Source of the DNA: a virus
Length of the DNA stretch: 64,000 bases
Reading direction: 5' to 3' (one strand)
IMG/VR virus record: IMGVR_UViG_3300029431_000104
Part shown: piece by piece, positions 34,490-43,852 of the stretch
Layout: each line of letters begins with the position of its first letter
How positions within the stretch are numbered: the first letter of the stretch is position 1
Program-made: the position numbers and the translations under genes
Notes under the pieces: model-generated
Database searches by the model: none
The model's input: the letters and a program-made list of their open reading frames with translations, nothing else
Told to the model about the DNA's origin: nothing

Positions 34490-37400
34490 ATGGCATCCAG
34501 AATCCAGGGCATCACCGTTGAGATCGGCGGCGATACCACAAAGCTCTCCAAAGCACTGGAAAGTGTAAACAAGTCAATCAAGGGGACGCAGTCCGGACTG
34601 AAGGATGTCAATAAACTCCTGAAACTGGACCCCTCTAATACAGAGCTGGTCGTCCAGAAGCAGAAGATGCTCAAGGATGCCATTGAAGCCACCAAGGAAA
34701 AGCTGGCAACTCTGAAAACTGCCGCACAGCAGGCCAATGAGCAGCTTGCCAACGGTGAGATCACCCAGCAGCAGTACGATGCCCTCCAGCGTGAGATCGT
34801 GGAGACCGAACAGAATCTGCGATCCTTACAGGATCAGGCGGCGACCACGAATGCGACCCTTGCCAAGATCGATGAAGCCGGAGAAAAGCTCCAGAACATC
34901 GGGTCTTCTGTGGAGAATGTCGGTAAGAAGTTCCTGCCGGTGACTGCCGCTGTAACGGGTCTTGGCACTGCCGCAGTGAAGACCGCAGCCGACTTTGATT
35001 CCGAGATGAGCAAGGTTTCTGCCATTTCCGGTGCAACAGGGGATGACTTTGACCAGCTTCGTGCGAAAGCCCGTGAGATGGGTGCGAAGACCAAGTTCTC
35101 CGCATCTGAGGCAGCTTCGGCAATGGAATATATGGCCATGGCCGGATGGAAAACGGGGGACATGCTGAATGGTATCGAAGGTATCATGAACCTCGCGGCG
35201 GCGTCCGGTGAAGACCTCGCCACGACTTCGGATATCGTCACGGATGCTCTTACCGCGTTCGGCTTATCCGCTGCGGATTCCGGGCATTTTGCAGATATCC
35301 TTGCAGCCGCTTCCTCCAATGCGAATACCAACGTCAGCTTGATGGGCGAGACGTTCAAGTACTGCGCGCCTATCGCCGGTGCGCTGGGGTTCTCGGCAGA
35401 GGATACCGCAGAAGCCATCGGTCTGATGGCAAACAGTGGTATCAAGGCTTCGCAGGCTGGTACGTCCCTTCGTACCATCATGAACAACCTTTCCGGTGAA
35501 GTGACCTTTGCGGGCAAGAACATCGGTGAAGTTACGATTGCCACCAGCAATGCAGATGGCAGTATGAGGAGCCTGAACGATATCCTTGCAGACTGCCGTG
35601 TAGCATTTTCTGGCTTGACTGAATCTGAAAAAGCATCCAATGCAGAGGCACTGGTTGGCAAGAATGCCATGTCCGGCTTCCTTGCCCTGATGAATTCCAG
35701 CGAGACAGACATCAACAAACTGCGTGGAGCCATTGAAAACTGCGATGGCGCATCCGAGAGCATGGCAGAGACCATGCAGGACAATTTAAATGGTCAGCTC
35801 ACCATCCTGAAATCTCAGCTGGAGGAGCTGGCTATTTCTTTTGGCGACATTCTGATGCCCACCATCCGCAAGATCGTATCTGCCGTGCAGCAGTTCGTGG
35901 ACAAGCTCAACAGCATGGATGAAAGTACCAGGGAAACAATCATCAAGATAGGGCTCTTGGCAGCATCCATCGGTCCGCTGCTCATTGTGCTGGGCAAGAC
36001 CATATCGACCGTCGGCACAGCGATGCGGGGATTCAGTTCTCTTGCAAAGGGTGTCCGGCTTCTCATCACCCATGTGGGCAGTGCCAGCGGTGTGTTCAGC
36101 AAGCTGGGTGTGGTTCTGGGTGGTCTGTCCGGGCCGGTCGTAGCCGTGGTGGCGGTCATCGGTACGCTGGTGGCAGCGTTCATGAATCTCTGGAACACCA
36201 ACGAGGAGTTCCGTACTGCCATTACCGGCATCTGGAACGACATTGTTTCCAAGGTGAAAGGCTTCTGCGACCAGCTGACACAGCGGATCAACGGGCTGGG
36301 CTTTGATTTTAAGGATGTCACTGAGGTACTGAAAGCAGTTTGGGATGGCTTCTGTCAGGTGCTTGCACCGCTGTTTGAGGGAGCATTCCAGAATATTGCC
36401 ACCATTCTCGGTGTGGTTCTGGATACATTGCTTGGCCTGTTCGATGTCTTTTCCAATGTGTTCTCCGGCAACTGGAGCGGCGCATGGGAAGCAGTAAAAG
36501 GCATCTTCTCCAGCATCTGGGATGGTGTGAAGTCTGTATTCTCCACGACGCTTACCGCACTAAAGAGCGCACTGGATGTGTTCCTCGGTCTGTTCGGTAC
36601 GGACTGGCAGACGGTCTGGGGCAGTATCAAGAGCTTCTTCGAGACCGTGTGGAGTGGAATCAGCAGCTTCTTTTCAAACACAGTTTCTACCATCCAAAGT
36701 GTAGCAACGACTGTGTTTACTGCTGTTTCGGGCTTCTTTAACACAGTCCTTACCAGTATCCAGACGACTTTCAGCACGATCTGGACGGCTATTTCCACAG
36801 CAGTTTCTTCTGTGCTGAATACGATCCATACCACGGTGATAACTGTGTGGACGGCGATCTCGACCGCAATCTCTACGGTCATGAACACCATCAGTACCAC
36901 GATCACTACAGTGTGGAACGGAATCTACAACACCATGAAACCTCTGCTGGATGCGTTCAAATATCTGTTTGAGACCATCTGGCAGGCAATCCAGATCCTG
37001 ATCGGCGCAGCACTGACCGCGATTCAGACGAAGATTACTTCCATCTGGAACGCCATCGTCGCTTTTGTGACCCCGATGTTGACCGGATTGCAGACGACTT
37101 TCTCTACGGTTTGGTCTGCGATCCAGACAGCCATCTCCACGGTGCTGACTGCGATCCAGACTGCAGTGACGACGGTGTGGAATGCCATTGTATCGTTCCT
37201 GTCTCCGCTGCTGACTGGCATCCAGACCCGGATGAGTACGGCATGGAATGCAATCAAGACGGTCATTTCGACAGTCCTTTCTGCAATCCAGTCCACGGTT
37301 TCTTCCATCTGGAGCGCCATCAGCAGCAGGATCTCCGGTGTGGTTAACAGCATCAAATCGGTGGTTTCCTCCGGCTGGAATGCCATGAAGTCTACGGTTT

Positions 37401-40399
37401 CGTCCCTCAGTAACAGCATCAAGAGCGCGGCGATCACAGCCTTTAATTCGATGAAATCCGGGATTTCCTCTACGATTTCCGGTATCAAAAACACCATCAC
37501 GAACGGCTTTAACAGTGCAGTCTCCTTTATCAAGGGGCTGGCTGGACAGGCATTTTCGTGGGGCTCTGACATGATCGGCAACATTGTGTCCGGTATCCAG
37601 TCGAGGATTCAGGATGTGGCAAGTGCCGTATCGGGAGTGGCGGACCGTATCCGTTCCTTCCTGCACTTCTCTGTACCAGATGAAGGACCGTTGGCGGATA
37701 TGGAAAGCTGGATGCCGGACTTCATGCAGGGATTGGCAAACGGCATCACGACCAATACCGGTCTTGTGACTGCGGCGGCAGAGAACCTGTCCACCACGCT
37801 GTCTACCTCCATTACCAACTCCATGAGGGGAGTAGAGCAGGCATACAGTAAGAGCTGGGCAGCCATCAGCCAGACGGTGAAAACCGGAACGGTAGGTGTA
37901 AGTGCCGCGATGAGATCCGCATGGAGTTCCATTACGACCAGTACCACAAGCACATGGAACAGTATCAAGACCACCATCCAAACCAGCTTTGCGGCGGTGA
38001 AATCTAATGTGATTTCCGCAACAGTAGCAGTGAAAACGTCCATGATGAGTGCATGGAATGCAGTGAAGTCGCTGACAACGACCAGCTGGAACGGAATCAA
38101 GAGCGTTATCACCACAGCATGGAACGGAATTAAGTCTCTGACTACTTCGGCGACTGCTTCTGTAAAATCGTCCATGACCAGCGCATGGAACGCAGTGAAA
38201 ACTCTGACAAACACTAGCTGGAATGGTATCAAAACAGTCATTACGACTGCATGGAATAGTATCAAGTCCCTTACGACTTCTTCTGTCACAGCTGTCCGTA
38301 GTACGGTCACAAGCGGCTGGAACACACTGAAATCCACTACGGCCTCTGCTTTCAACAGCATCAAGTCCACGGTGTCTTCGGCAATGTCCAGCCTGCGCAG
38401 CACGGTTTCTTCTGGTGTTGCAAGTATCAGGAGCAGCTTTAACTCGCTCGGTTCGATTGCTTCTTCGGCATACCGCTGGGGTGCAGATATCTGTTCCCAG
38501 ATGGCGGCAGGTGTCCGGGCAGCGGCTGGTTCCGTGATTGCAGCGGCAGAAAATGTTGCAAGCAGGGTCAGAAGTCTGTTGCATTTCTCTGTGCCGGACG
38601 AAGGACCTCTGTCCGATGCAGACACCTATATGCCGGACTTCATGAAGTTGCTGGCGACCGGCATTAAGAAAAATGTCAAGTCGGTGGTGAAAGCCGTGCA
38701 GGGACTTGCTGGGTCTATGAGCAGCAACCTCACGACCCCGGTGGATTCGCTGGGCGATTGGATGGATTCTGTGGTCGGCAGTTTTGCTACCACGATCAAG
38801 AAAAGTCAGAGCGGTATCGGCAGTGCTGCAAGGGATGTGGGCAGTGGCATCCAGACCCAGCTCATGTCCGGGCTTTCCGGGGTGAAGACCCAGTTCCAGC
38901 AGCTCTGGACTGACCTGCAGGGCATCACCAAAACTGCAGTCGGCAGTATGAGCGATGAAGTGAAGCAGGGCTTTACGGATATGAAGGATTCCATTGGAGA
39001 ACTGAGTTCTCAGACCAGTTCCCTTGGGAATGCGATCCGCAGCCTTGGCGATACCTTCAATTCGGACTTCCTAAAGAACCTGGGAAGCGGCATCAGCAAA
39101 GTCGGTGACACGGTCAATACGGTCACGGGCCTTGTGGACAAGCTCGGCTCCATGAAGAACACCATCGGAAACCTCGGAAATACGATGCAGAACCTTGGTA
39201 ACGTCCTCGGTACAGAGAACGGAGGCGGTCTGCTGTCCAACATCGGCAGTTTCCTGTCGAAGATCGATAGCGCAGATGGTGGTCAGATTGTGTCGAACTT
39301 TGGCAACCTGATCTCCGGGTTGACCTCCAAAATGGGCGGTCTGGGAGAGGGAATCTCCGGCATCATCTCGAAGCTGGGAAGCCTTGGCGCCAGCGGTGGG
39401 GGAATCCTGTCGAATCTGGGTGGGCTGCTTTCCGGTGTAGTGTCGAAGATCGGCGGCTTAGGCGGCAGTCTTTCTGGACTTCTGTCTGGTGTGGGTTCTA
39501 CATTGGGCGGAATTGCTGGTTCTGCCGGTTCCGCAATCGCAGGACTGTTCGGCTCGGTTGGTACGACCGTATCCGGTCTGGCTGCTGGTGCGGGATCGGC
39601 TCTGGCTGGTATCGCTTCCTCGGCCGGAGGAGTGCTTGCTTCGGCAGGTACAGCACTGGCCGGTCTTGCCGGTCCTGCAGGTATCGCAGTGGCAGCAGTT
39701 GGTGGCATCGGTCTTGGACTGACGAGCCTCTGGAAAAACTGCGATGGCTTCCGGGAAGGTGTCACAAATATCTGGAACAAGGTTACGTCGGTATTCTCGA
39801 ATGGAGTAAACGCCATCAAGAACGGTATTTCTAATGCGGCTTCTGCTATTGGCAATGTGGCATCGTCCATCTGGGGCGGTATCAAGAACGTGGCTTCTTC
39901 GGCAGTCAGCTGGGGCAAGGACATCGTTGGCGGTATCGCGGGCGGTATCAAGAAAGGCGTGAGCTGGGTCGGCAATGCGGTCAAGAGTGTGGCAAATGGC
40001 ATCCGCTCGTTCCTGCACTTCTCTGTGCCGGATGAAGGACCGCTGGCAGATGCCGACACCTATATGCCCGACTTCATGAAGCTGCTTTCCGGCGGCATCA
40101 AGAAAGGCGAAGGCGGACTGATCAGCCAGATCAGGTCGATGGCAGCAAAGGTACAGCAGGGTATGGAGGGCATCAGCTCCTTCAGTCTGCCGGAACTGAC
40201 CTTGCCACATTTCGATGGCTCCGGTTGGAACTTCCCGCAGGCGGCTCTGGCCGGAGGTGGCACCACCCGGACGACCAACCTTGGCGGTGTGTATATCACA
40301 GTCAACGGTTATAATGCCCGGAACGACGATGAACTCGCACAGACCGTTGCCGATAAGATCAACGGCATGATCCACGAGGATGATTCGGTCTTCAAGTAA
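34490..40399 (+). CDS. tail tape measure protein (1969 aa)
   Basis: AGGAGGTGG RBS then ATG 34490. TP901-type TMP core (SEMSKVSAISGATGDDFDQLRAKAREMGAKTKFSASEAASAMEYMAMAGW). A long T/S/A/V/I/W-rich degenerate repeat region follows. The motif R(S/V)(F/L)LHFSVPDEGPL(A/S)D...MPDFM occurs three times. Gly-rich segment near 39300-39700. Confidence 0.85.
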   Translation: MASRIQGITVEIGGDTTKLSKALESVNKSIKGTQSGLKDVNKLLKLDPSNTELVVQKQKMLKDAIEATKEKLATLKTAAQQANEQLANGEITQQQYDALQREIVETEQNLRSLQDQAATTNATLAKIDEAGEKLQNIGSSVENVGKKFLPVTAAVTGLGTAAVKTAADFDSEMSKVSAISGATGDDFDQLRAKAREMGAKTKFSASEAASAMEYMAMAGWKTGDMLNGIEGIMNLAAASGEDLATTSDIVTDALTAFGLSAADSGHFADILAAASSNANTNVSLMGETFKYCAPIAGALGFSAEDTAEAIGLMANSGIKASQAGTSLRTIMNNLSGEVTFAGKNIGEVTIATSNADGSMRSLNDILADCRVAFSGLTESEKASNAEALVGKNAMSGFLALMNSSETDINKLRGAIENCDGASESMAETMQDNLNGQLTILKSQLEELAISFGDILMPTIRKIVSAVQQFVDKLNSMDESTRETIIKIGLLAASIGPLLIVLGKTISTVGTAMRGFSSLAKGVRLLITHVGSASGVFSKLGVVLGGLSGPVVAVVAVIGTLVAAFMNLWNTNEEFRTAITGIWNDIVSKVKGFCDQLTQRINGLGFDFKDVTEVLKAVWDGFCQVLAPLFEGAFQNIATILGVVLDTLLGLFDVFSNVFSGNWSGAWEAVKGIFSSIWDGVKSVFSTTLTALKSALDVFLGLFGTDWQTVWGSIKSFFETVWSGISSFFSNTVSTIQSVATTVFTAVSGFFNTVLTSIQTTFSTIWTAISTAVSSVLNTIHTTVITVWTAISTAISTVMNTISTTITTVWNGIYNTMKPLLDAFKYLFETIWQAIQILIGAALTAIQTKITSIWNAIVAFVTPMLTGLQTTFSTVWSAIQTAISTVLTAIQTAVTTVWNAIVSFLSPLLTGIQTRMSTAWNAIKTVISTVLSAIQSTVSSIWSAISSRISGVVNSIKSVVSSGWNAMKSTVSSLSNSIKSAAITAFNSMKSGISSTISGIKNTITNGFNSAVSFIKGLAGQAFSWGSDMIGNIVSGIQSRIQDVASAVSGVADRIRSFLHFSVPDEGPLADMESWMPDFMQGLANGITTNTGLVTAAAENLSTTLSTSITNSMRGVEQAYSKSWAAISQTVKTGTVGVSAAMRSAWSSITTSTTSTWNSIKTTIQTSFAAVKSNVISATVAVKTSMMSAWNAVKSLTTTSWNGIKSVITTAWNGIKSLTTSATASVKSSMTSAWNAVKTLTNTSWNGIKTVITTAWNSIKSLTTSSVTAVRSTVTSGWNTLKSTTASAFNSIKSTVSSAMSSLRSTVSSGVASIRSSFNSLGSIASSAYRWGADICSQMAAGVRAAAGSVIAAAENVASRVRSLLHFSVPDEGPLSDADTYMPDFMKLLATGIKKNVKSVVKAVQGLAGSMSSNLTTPVDSLGDWMDSVVGSFATTIKKSQSGIGSAARDVGSGIQTQLMSGLSGVKTQFQQLWTDLQGITKTAVGSMSDEVKQGFTDMKDSIGELSSQTSSLGNAIRSLGDTFNSDFLKNLGSGISKVGDTVNTVTGLVDKLGSMKNTIGNLGNTMQNLGNVLGTENGGGLLSNIGSFLSKIDSADGGQIVSNFGNLISGLTSKMGGLGEGISGIISKLGSLGASGGGILSNLGGLLSGVVSKIGGLGGSLSGLLSGVGSTLGGIAGSAGSAIAGLFGSVGTTVSGLAAGAGSALAGIASSAGGVLASAGTALAGLAGPAGIAVAAVGGIGLGLTSLWKNCDGFREGVTNIWNKVTSVFSNGVNAIKNGISNAASAIGNVASSIWGGIKNVASSAVSWGKDIVGGIAGGIKKGVSWVGNAVKSVANGIRSFLHFSVPDEGPLADADTYMPDFMKLLSGGIKKGEGGLISQIRSMAAKVQQGMEGISSFSLPELTLPHFDGSGWNFPQAALAGGGTTRTTNLGGVYITVNGYNARNDDELAQTVADKINGMIHEDDSVFK

Positions 40400-40413
40400 A
40401 GGAGGAGATGCGT

Positions 40414-41190
40414 ATGGGCTATAACACCCCAAAGCAGACAGTATCACAGTTTCAGCTCAAAGGCAGATATGCCAGACAGTATCTGTCCTTTGCCGGGAAG
40501 TCCAGCAAGGACTTCCTTTTATATTTGTCTGGTCCCGGTGTGTATGATTCCCCGGCTGCGGATGTGGAGAGCACCTCCGTACCCGGCAGGAACGGGGACA
40601 TCATCACCGAGAATGCAAGGACAGGCAGGCGTAGGTATCAGAACGTGGATATCAAGTATAAGGCATTTTTCTTCAACGGTCTGCCTGCCAAGACCGCAGC
40701 GGTCAAGGCATGGCTGTTATCCCCGATCGGGTATCAGAAATTGCAGGACACCTACGACCCGGATTTCTTCCGGATGGCAGTCTGCAAGGATGCCCTTGCC
40801 TTTGATGTGACTGCCCAGAAAGCCGCTGAGATGGAGCTGACATTCAACTGTAAGCCCCAGCGTTGGAGCGTGGATGGGCAGAGGGTGATCCGGCTGGATG
40901 GCAGGTCGACCTTAAAGAACCCCTTCGCTTTTCCGGCACAGCCTATCTTCAAGATCTATGGGGATTCTGGCGGCGAACTGTATGTGGGTGAGGAGAAGAT
41001 CACCATCCACAGCATCAAGGACTACGTGCTGCTCAACTGTGAAACGCACAACGCTTACAACGCTTCCGGCTTCTGCAATGAGACCATCCTTTCGGATGAT
41101 TTCCCGGAACTGCCGGAGGGAAAGACACAAATCGCATGGACAGGCGGCATCACGGCGGTGGAGGTGACTCCACGCTGGTGGACGCTGTAA
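40414..41190 (+). CDS. distal tail protein (Dit-like)
   Basis: Position after the TMP; ~260 aa; AAGGAGGAG RBS (start at 40408 or 40414). Confidence 0.55.
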   Translation: MGYNTPKQTVSQFQLKGRYARQYLSFAGKSSKDFLLYLSGPGVYDSPAADVESTSVPGRNGDIITENARTGRRRYQNVDIKYKAFFFNGLPAKTAAVKAWLLSPIGYQKLQDTYDPDFFRMAVCKDALAFDVTAQKAAEMELTFNCKPQRWSVDGQRVIRLDGRSTLKNPFAFPAQPIFKIYGDSGGELYVGEEKITIHSIKDYVLLNCETHNAYNASGFCNETILSDDFPELPEGKTQIAWTGGITAVEVTPRWWTL

Positions 41191-41197
41191 GAGGGAG

Positions 41198-43162
41198 GTG
41201 CAGCCAGTGATCCCATGTTTATATGCATCAACAGAGATGAAGTTCAATCATAACGGTATTGGAAAGCTGGCAGATGCACAGTCTTGTACCGTAACGGAAA
41301 AGAGAAACGGAAGCTATGAACTGAAGCTGGTCTGTCCGGCAGATGGCATCCATGCAGAGATGTTGGAGGAGGGGAATATCATCCTTGCCAAGCCATCCGA
41401 TACCATGCAGTCTCAGCCGTTCCGCATCTACAAGATCACGACCCCTATTGATGGAAAGCTGGAAGTTCAGGCTCGGCACATTTCCTACCAGCTGAACTTC
41501 ATCACAGTTTCCCCGTTCTCAGCGACTGGGTGTGCGGGAGCAATGCAGGGGCTGAAAAGCCACGCTGCTTCTGACTGCCCTTTCGATGTCTGGACGAATG
41601 TGGACTCCAGTGCAACTTTTACGCTGGGCGTTCCATCGTCCTTCCGAAACTGCCTTGGAGGTATGACCGGGTCAGTTCTGGATGTTTTTGGCGGTGAATT
41701 CGAGTGGGACCGGTATACGGTCAAGTTTCATAAGGCAAGAGGTGCTGACCATAACGTCCACATCATCTACGGCAAGAACCTGACGGATTTCAAGATGGAA
41801 AAATCCATCGAGAACACGATCACTGGTGTGCATCCGTACTGGGTGGACAATGAAACCCAGGCTGTTATGGAACTGCCGGAGAAGGTGGTGCTGCAAAGCA
41901 AACGGTCAATTCCTTACCAGAAGGTTACCGTGCTGGACTGTACCAGCAATTTTCAGGAAAAGCCGAGTGAAGCGGCACTCCGGGAATACGCACAGAACTA
42001 TATCGACACCACGGACTTAACGGAGCCGGAAATCGACATCAAGATCGACTTTTTACAGCTCTGGAATACGCCGGGGTATGAGGACATCGTGGAAGCAGAG
42101 CGTGTCTCCCTTTGCGATACGGTCCATGTGTATATCTCAAAGCTGGGCATTGAGGTCAGTTCCAAAGTCACCGAAACCGAGTATGATGCGCTGCTGGAAC
42201 GCTATAACAGCATTACGCTGTCGAACTCCACGGTCAGCAGCCGGAATTCTTCTTTGACTGGTTCGCTCAACAGCATCCGGAATACAGCAACGATTGCCTA
42301 CGATACGGCAGTCCGTGCGGAGACAGCAGTGGGAGAGCAGGTCGGTGGAATCACGGCATCCATCATTTATGACGGTACGCTTTTTGCTGCGCTGTTTGGA
42401 CTACATTATAAAAATGAGACGGACAGCAAGGGAAACACGACCCGTTATGCATTCAATGCAGCAACTTTGAAACAGTCCACGGTCGCATGGAAGAACAGCT
42501 CTGCCGGGCTGTTTGTATCCACGGATGGCGGTAAAACGTGGGGCTATGGCTGGGAGTCGGATGACACGGCAGTCAGGACGGCGATCCTGCTGGAACAAAC
42601 CCTCAAGGAACTGGATGACCGCTACAAGAAAGCCACGGAGCTTTCCGAGGAGCTGCTGAAGGAACTGGATGAGCGGTACAAAACAGCGACCGCTATCTCT
42701 GCCGAACTTCAGAAAACACTCGATCAGCGGTACGAAACTGCCAAAAAGCTGTCCAAAGAGCTGTATGAGGAACTGGATAAGCGGTATGGCACCCTTACGG
42801 AAATCTCAGAAGATCTGCAAAAGGAGTTGGACGAGAGATACAGTGCGGCGAAGAAGCTGTCGGAAGAGGTCGAAAAAGAACTGGATGAAAAGTACCAGCC
42901 GAGTGTCCCGGTATCGGAAACCGCACCGGAAGCCCCGGCAGCAGATACGCTCTGGGTCGATAAGAAGAACCTGCAGTTAAAGCTCTGGGATGGAGAACAG
43001 TGGCAGACCATCGGCTATGAGCCGGAACAGCCAACGGAACCGACCACACCGACGGAACCGGAAAAGCCGGAGCCGGAGAACCCGGACACCGAAGGAAAAG
43101 ATAATGGGGGCAAAGAAGAAACAGATGACAAGAAGACCGATCAGGAAGGAGGGAGTGCGTAA
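41198..43162 (+). CDS. tail-associated protein (Tal / prophage endopeptidase-tail family)
   Basis: GTG start (41198 or 41207). N-terminal region typical of siphophage Tal. C-terminal tandem ~13-aa coiled-coil repeats (ELDxRYxxAxxLSEEL) x6. Pro/Thr/Glu-rich tail. Confidence 0.65.
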   Translation: MQPVIPCLYASTEMKFNHNGIGKLADAQSCTVTEKRNGSYELKLVCPADGIHAEMLEEGNIILAKPSDTMQSQPFRIYKITTPIDGKLEVQARHISYQLNFITVSPFSATGCAGAMQGLKSHAASDCPFDVWTNVDSSATFTLGVPSSFRNCLGGMTGSVLDVFGGEFEWDRYTVKFHKARGADHNVHIIYGKNLTDFKMEKSIENTITGVHPYWVDNETQAVMELPEKVVLQSKRSIPYQKVTVLDCTSNFQEKPSEAALREYAQNYIDTTDLTEPEIDIKIDFLQLWNTPGYEDIVEAERVSLCDTVHVYISKLGIEVSSKVTETEYDALLERYNSITLSNSTVSSRNSSLTGSLNSIRNTATIAYDTAVRAETAVGEQVGGITASIIYDGTLFAALFGLHYKNETDSKGNTTRYAFNAATLKQSTVAWKNSSAGLFVSTDGGKTWGYGWESDDTAVRTAILLEQTLKELDDRYKKATELSEELLKELDERYKTATAISAELQKTLDQRYETAKKLSKELYEELDKRYGTLTEISEDLQKELDERYSAAKKLSEEVEKELDEKYQPSVPVSETAPEAPAADTLWVDKKNLQLKLWDGEQWQTIGYEPEQPTEPTTPTEPEKPEPENPDTEGKDNGGKEETDDKKTDQEGGSA

Positions 43163-43830
43163 TGATCACAAGCATTTATCAGGAAGTGGAACTGTCGCTG
43201 ACGGAGAATCTGATCCCGGTGACAGTTCCGGTCAAGCAGTATGACAACAGGGCACGGAAAGTCAGATGTGTCCTGTATAACAACTCGGTTCAGTATTCTG
43301 TACCACAGGACTGCATCGTTGCCTGTTCCGGTACCAGACCGGACGGTACGATCTTTCACTACACCAGCGAAACAGCATCCGACCTTGTGTTTGTTGAAAA
43401 TGGGGCGGTCGCCTTTACGATCACGACCTTCATGACCGCACAGGCCGGGCGGTTTCCGCTGGATGTTGTTATGCTCAGCACAGCGGGGGATGTCCTTGGT
43501 TCGTTTTCCCTCACATTGAAGGTGGAGCGGGCAGCCATCAACAACGGTAAGATCGCCACCTATACCTACGCGGGTGTGGTGGAAGCTATCCGCAAGGGAC
43601 TGCTGGAAGTGTATATCACGGACGATGGCTATTTTGCCGTTGTGTCGGAGGACGGACTCGGCTTCAGTGACAAGTCGGAATCCAGCACAATCCAGAAATT
43701 CATCGAAAATCTTTTGAACTGTACGGTTACGGATGACGGTTATCTTGCTTTCACCACCGAGGATGGTCTGAAGCTCATCTTCTCGATGGATGGTGATGGA
43801 CGATTGATCGTAGAATTTGCAAACGGCTGA
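43162..43830 (+). CDS. BppU-N-like baseplate/tail protein
   Basis: 222 aa; YDNRARKVRCVLYNNSVQY-type N-terminal domain; position after Tal. Confidence 0.5.
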   Translation: MITSIYQEVELSLTENLIPVTVPVKQYDNRARKVRCVLYNNSVQYSVPQDCIVACSGTRPDGTIFHYTSETASDLVFVENGAVAFTITTFMTAQAGRFPLDVVMLSTAGDVLGSFSLTLKVERAAINNGKIATYTYAGVVEAIRKGLLEVYITDDGYFAVVSEDGLGFSDKSESSTIQKFIENLLNCTVTDDGYLAFTTEDGLKLIFSMDGDGRLIVEFANG

Positions 43831-43852
43831 TAGAGCCGGGAAAGGGGAAAAT

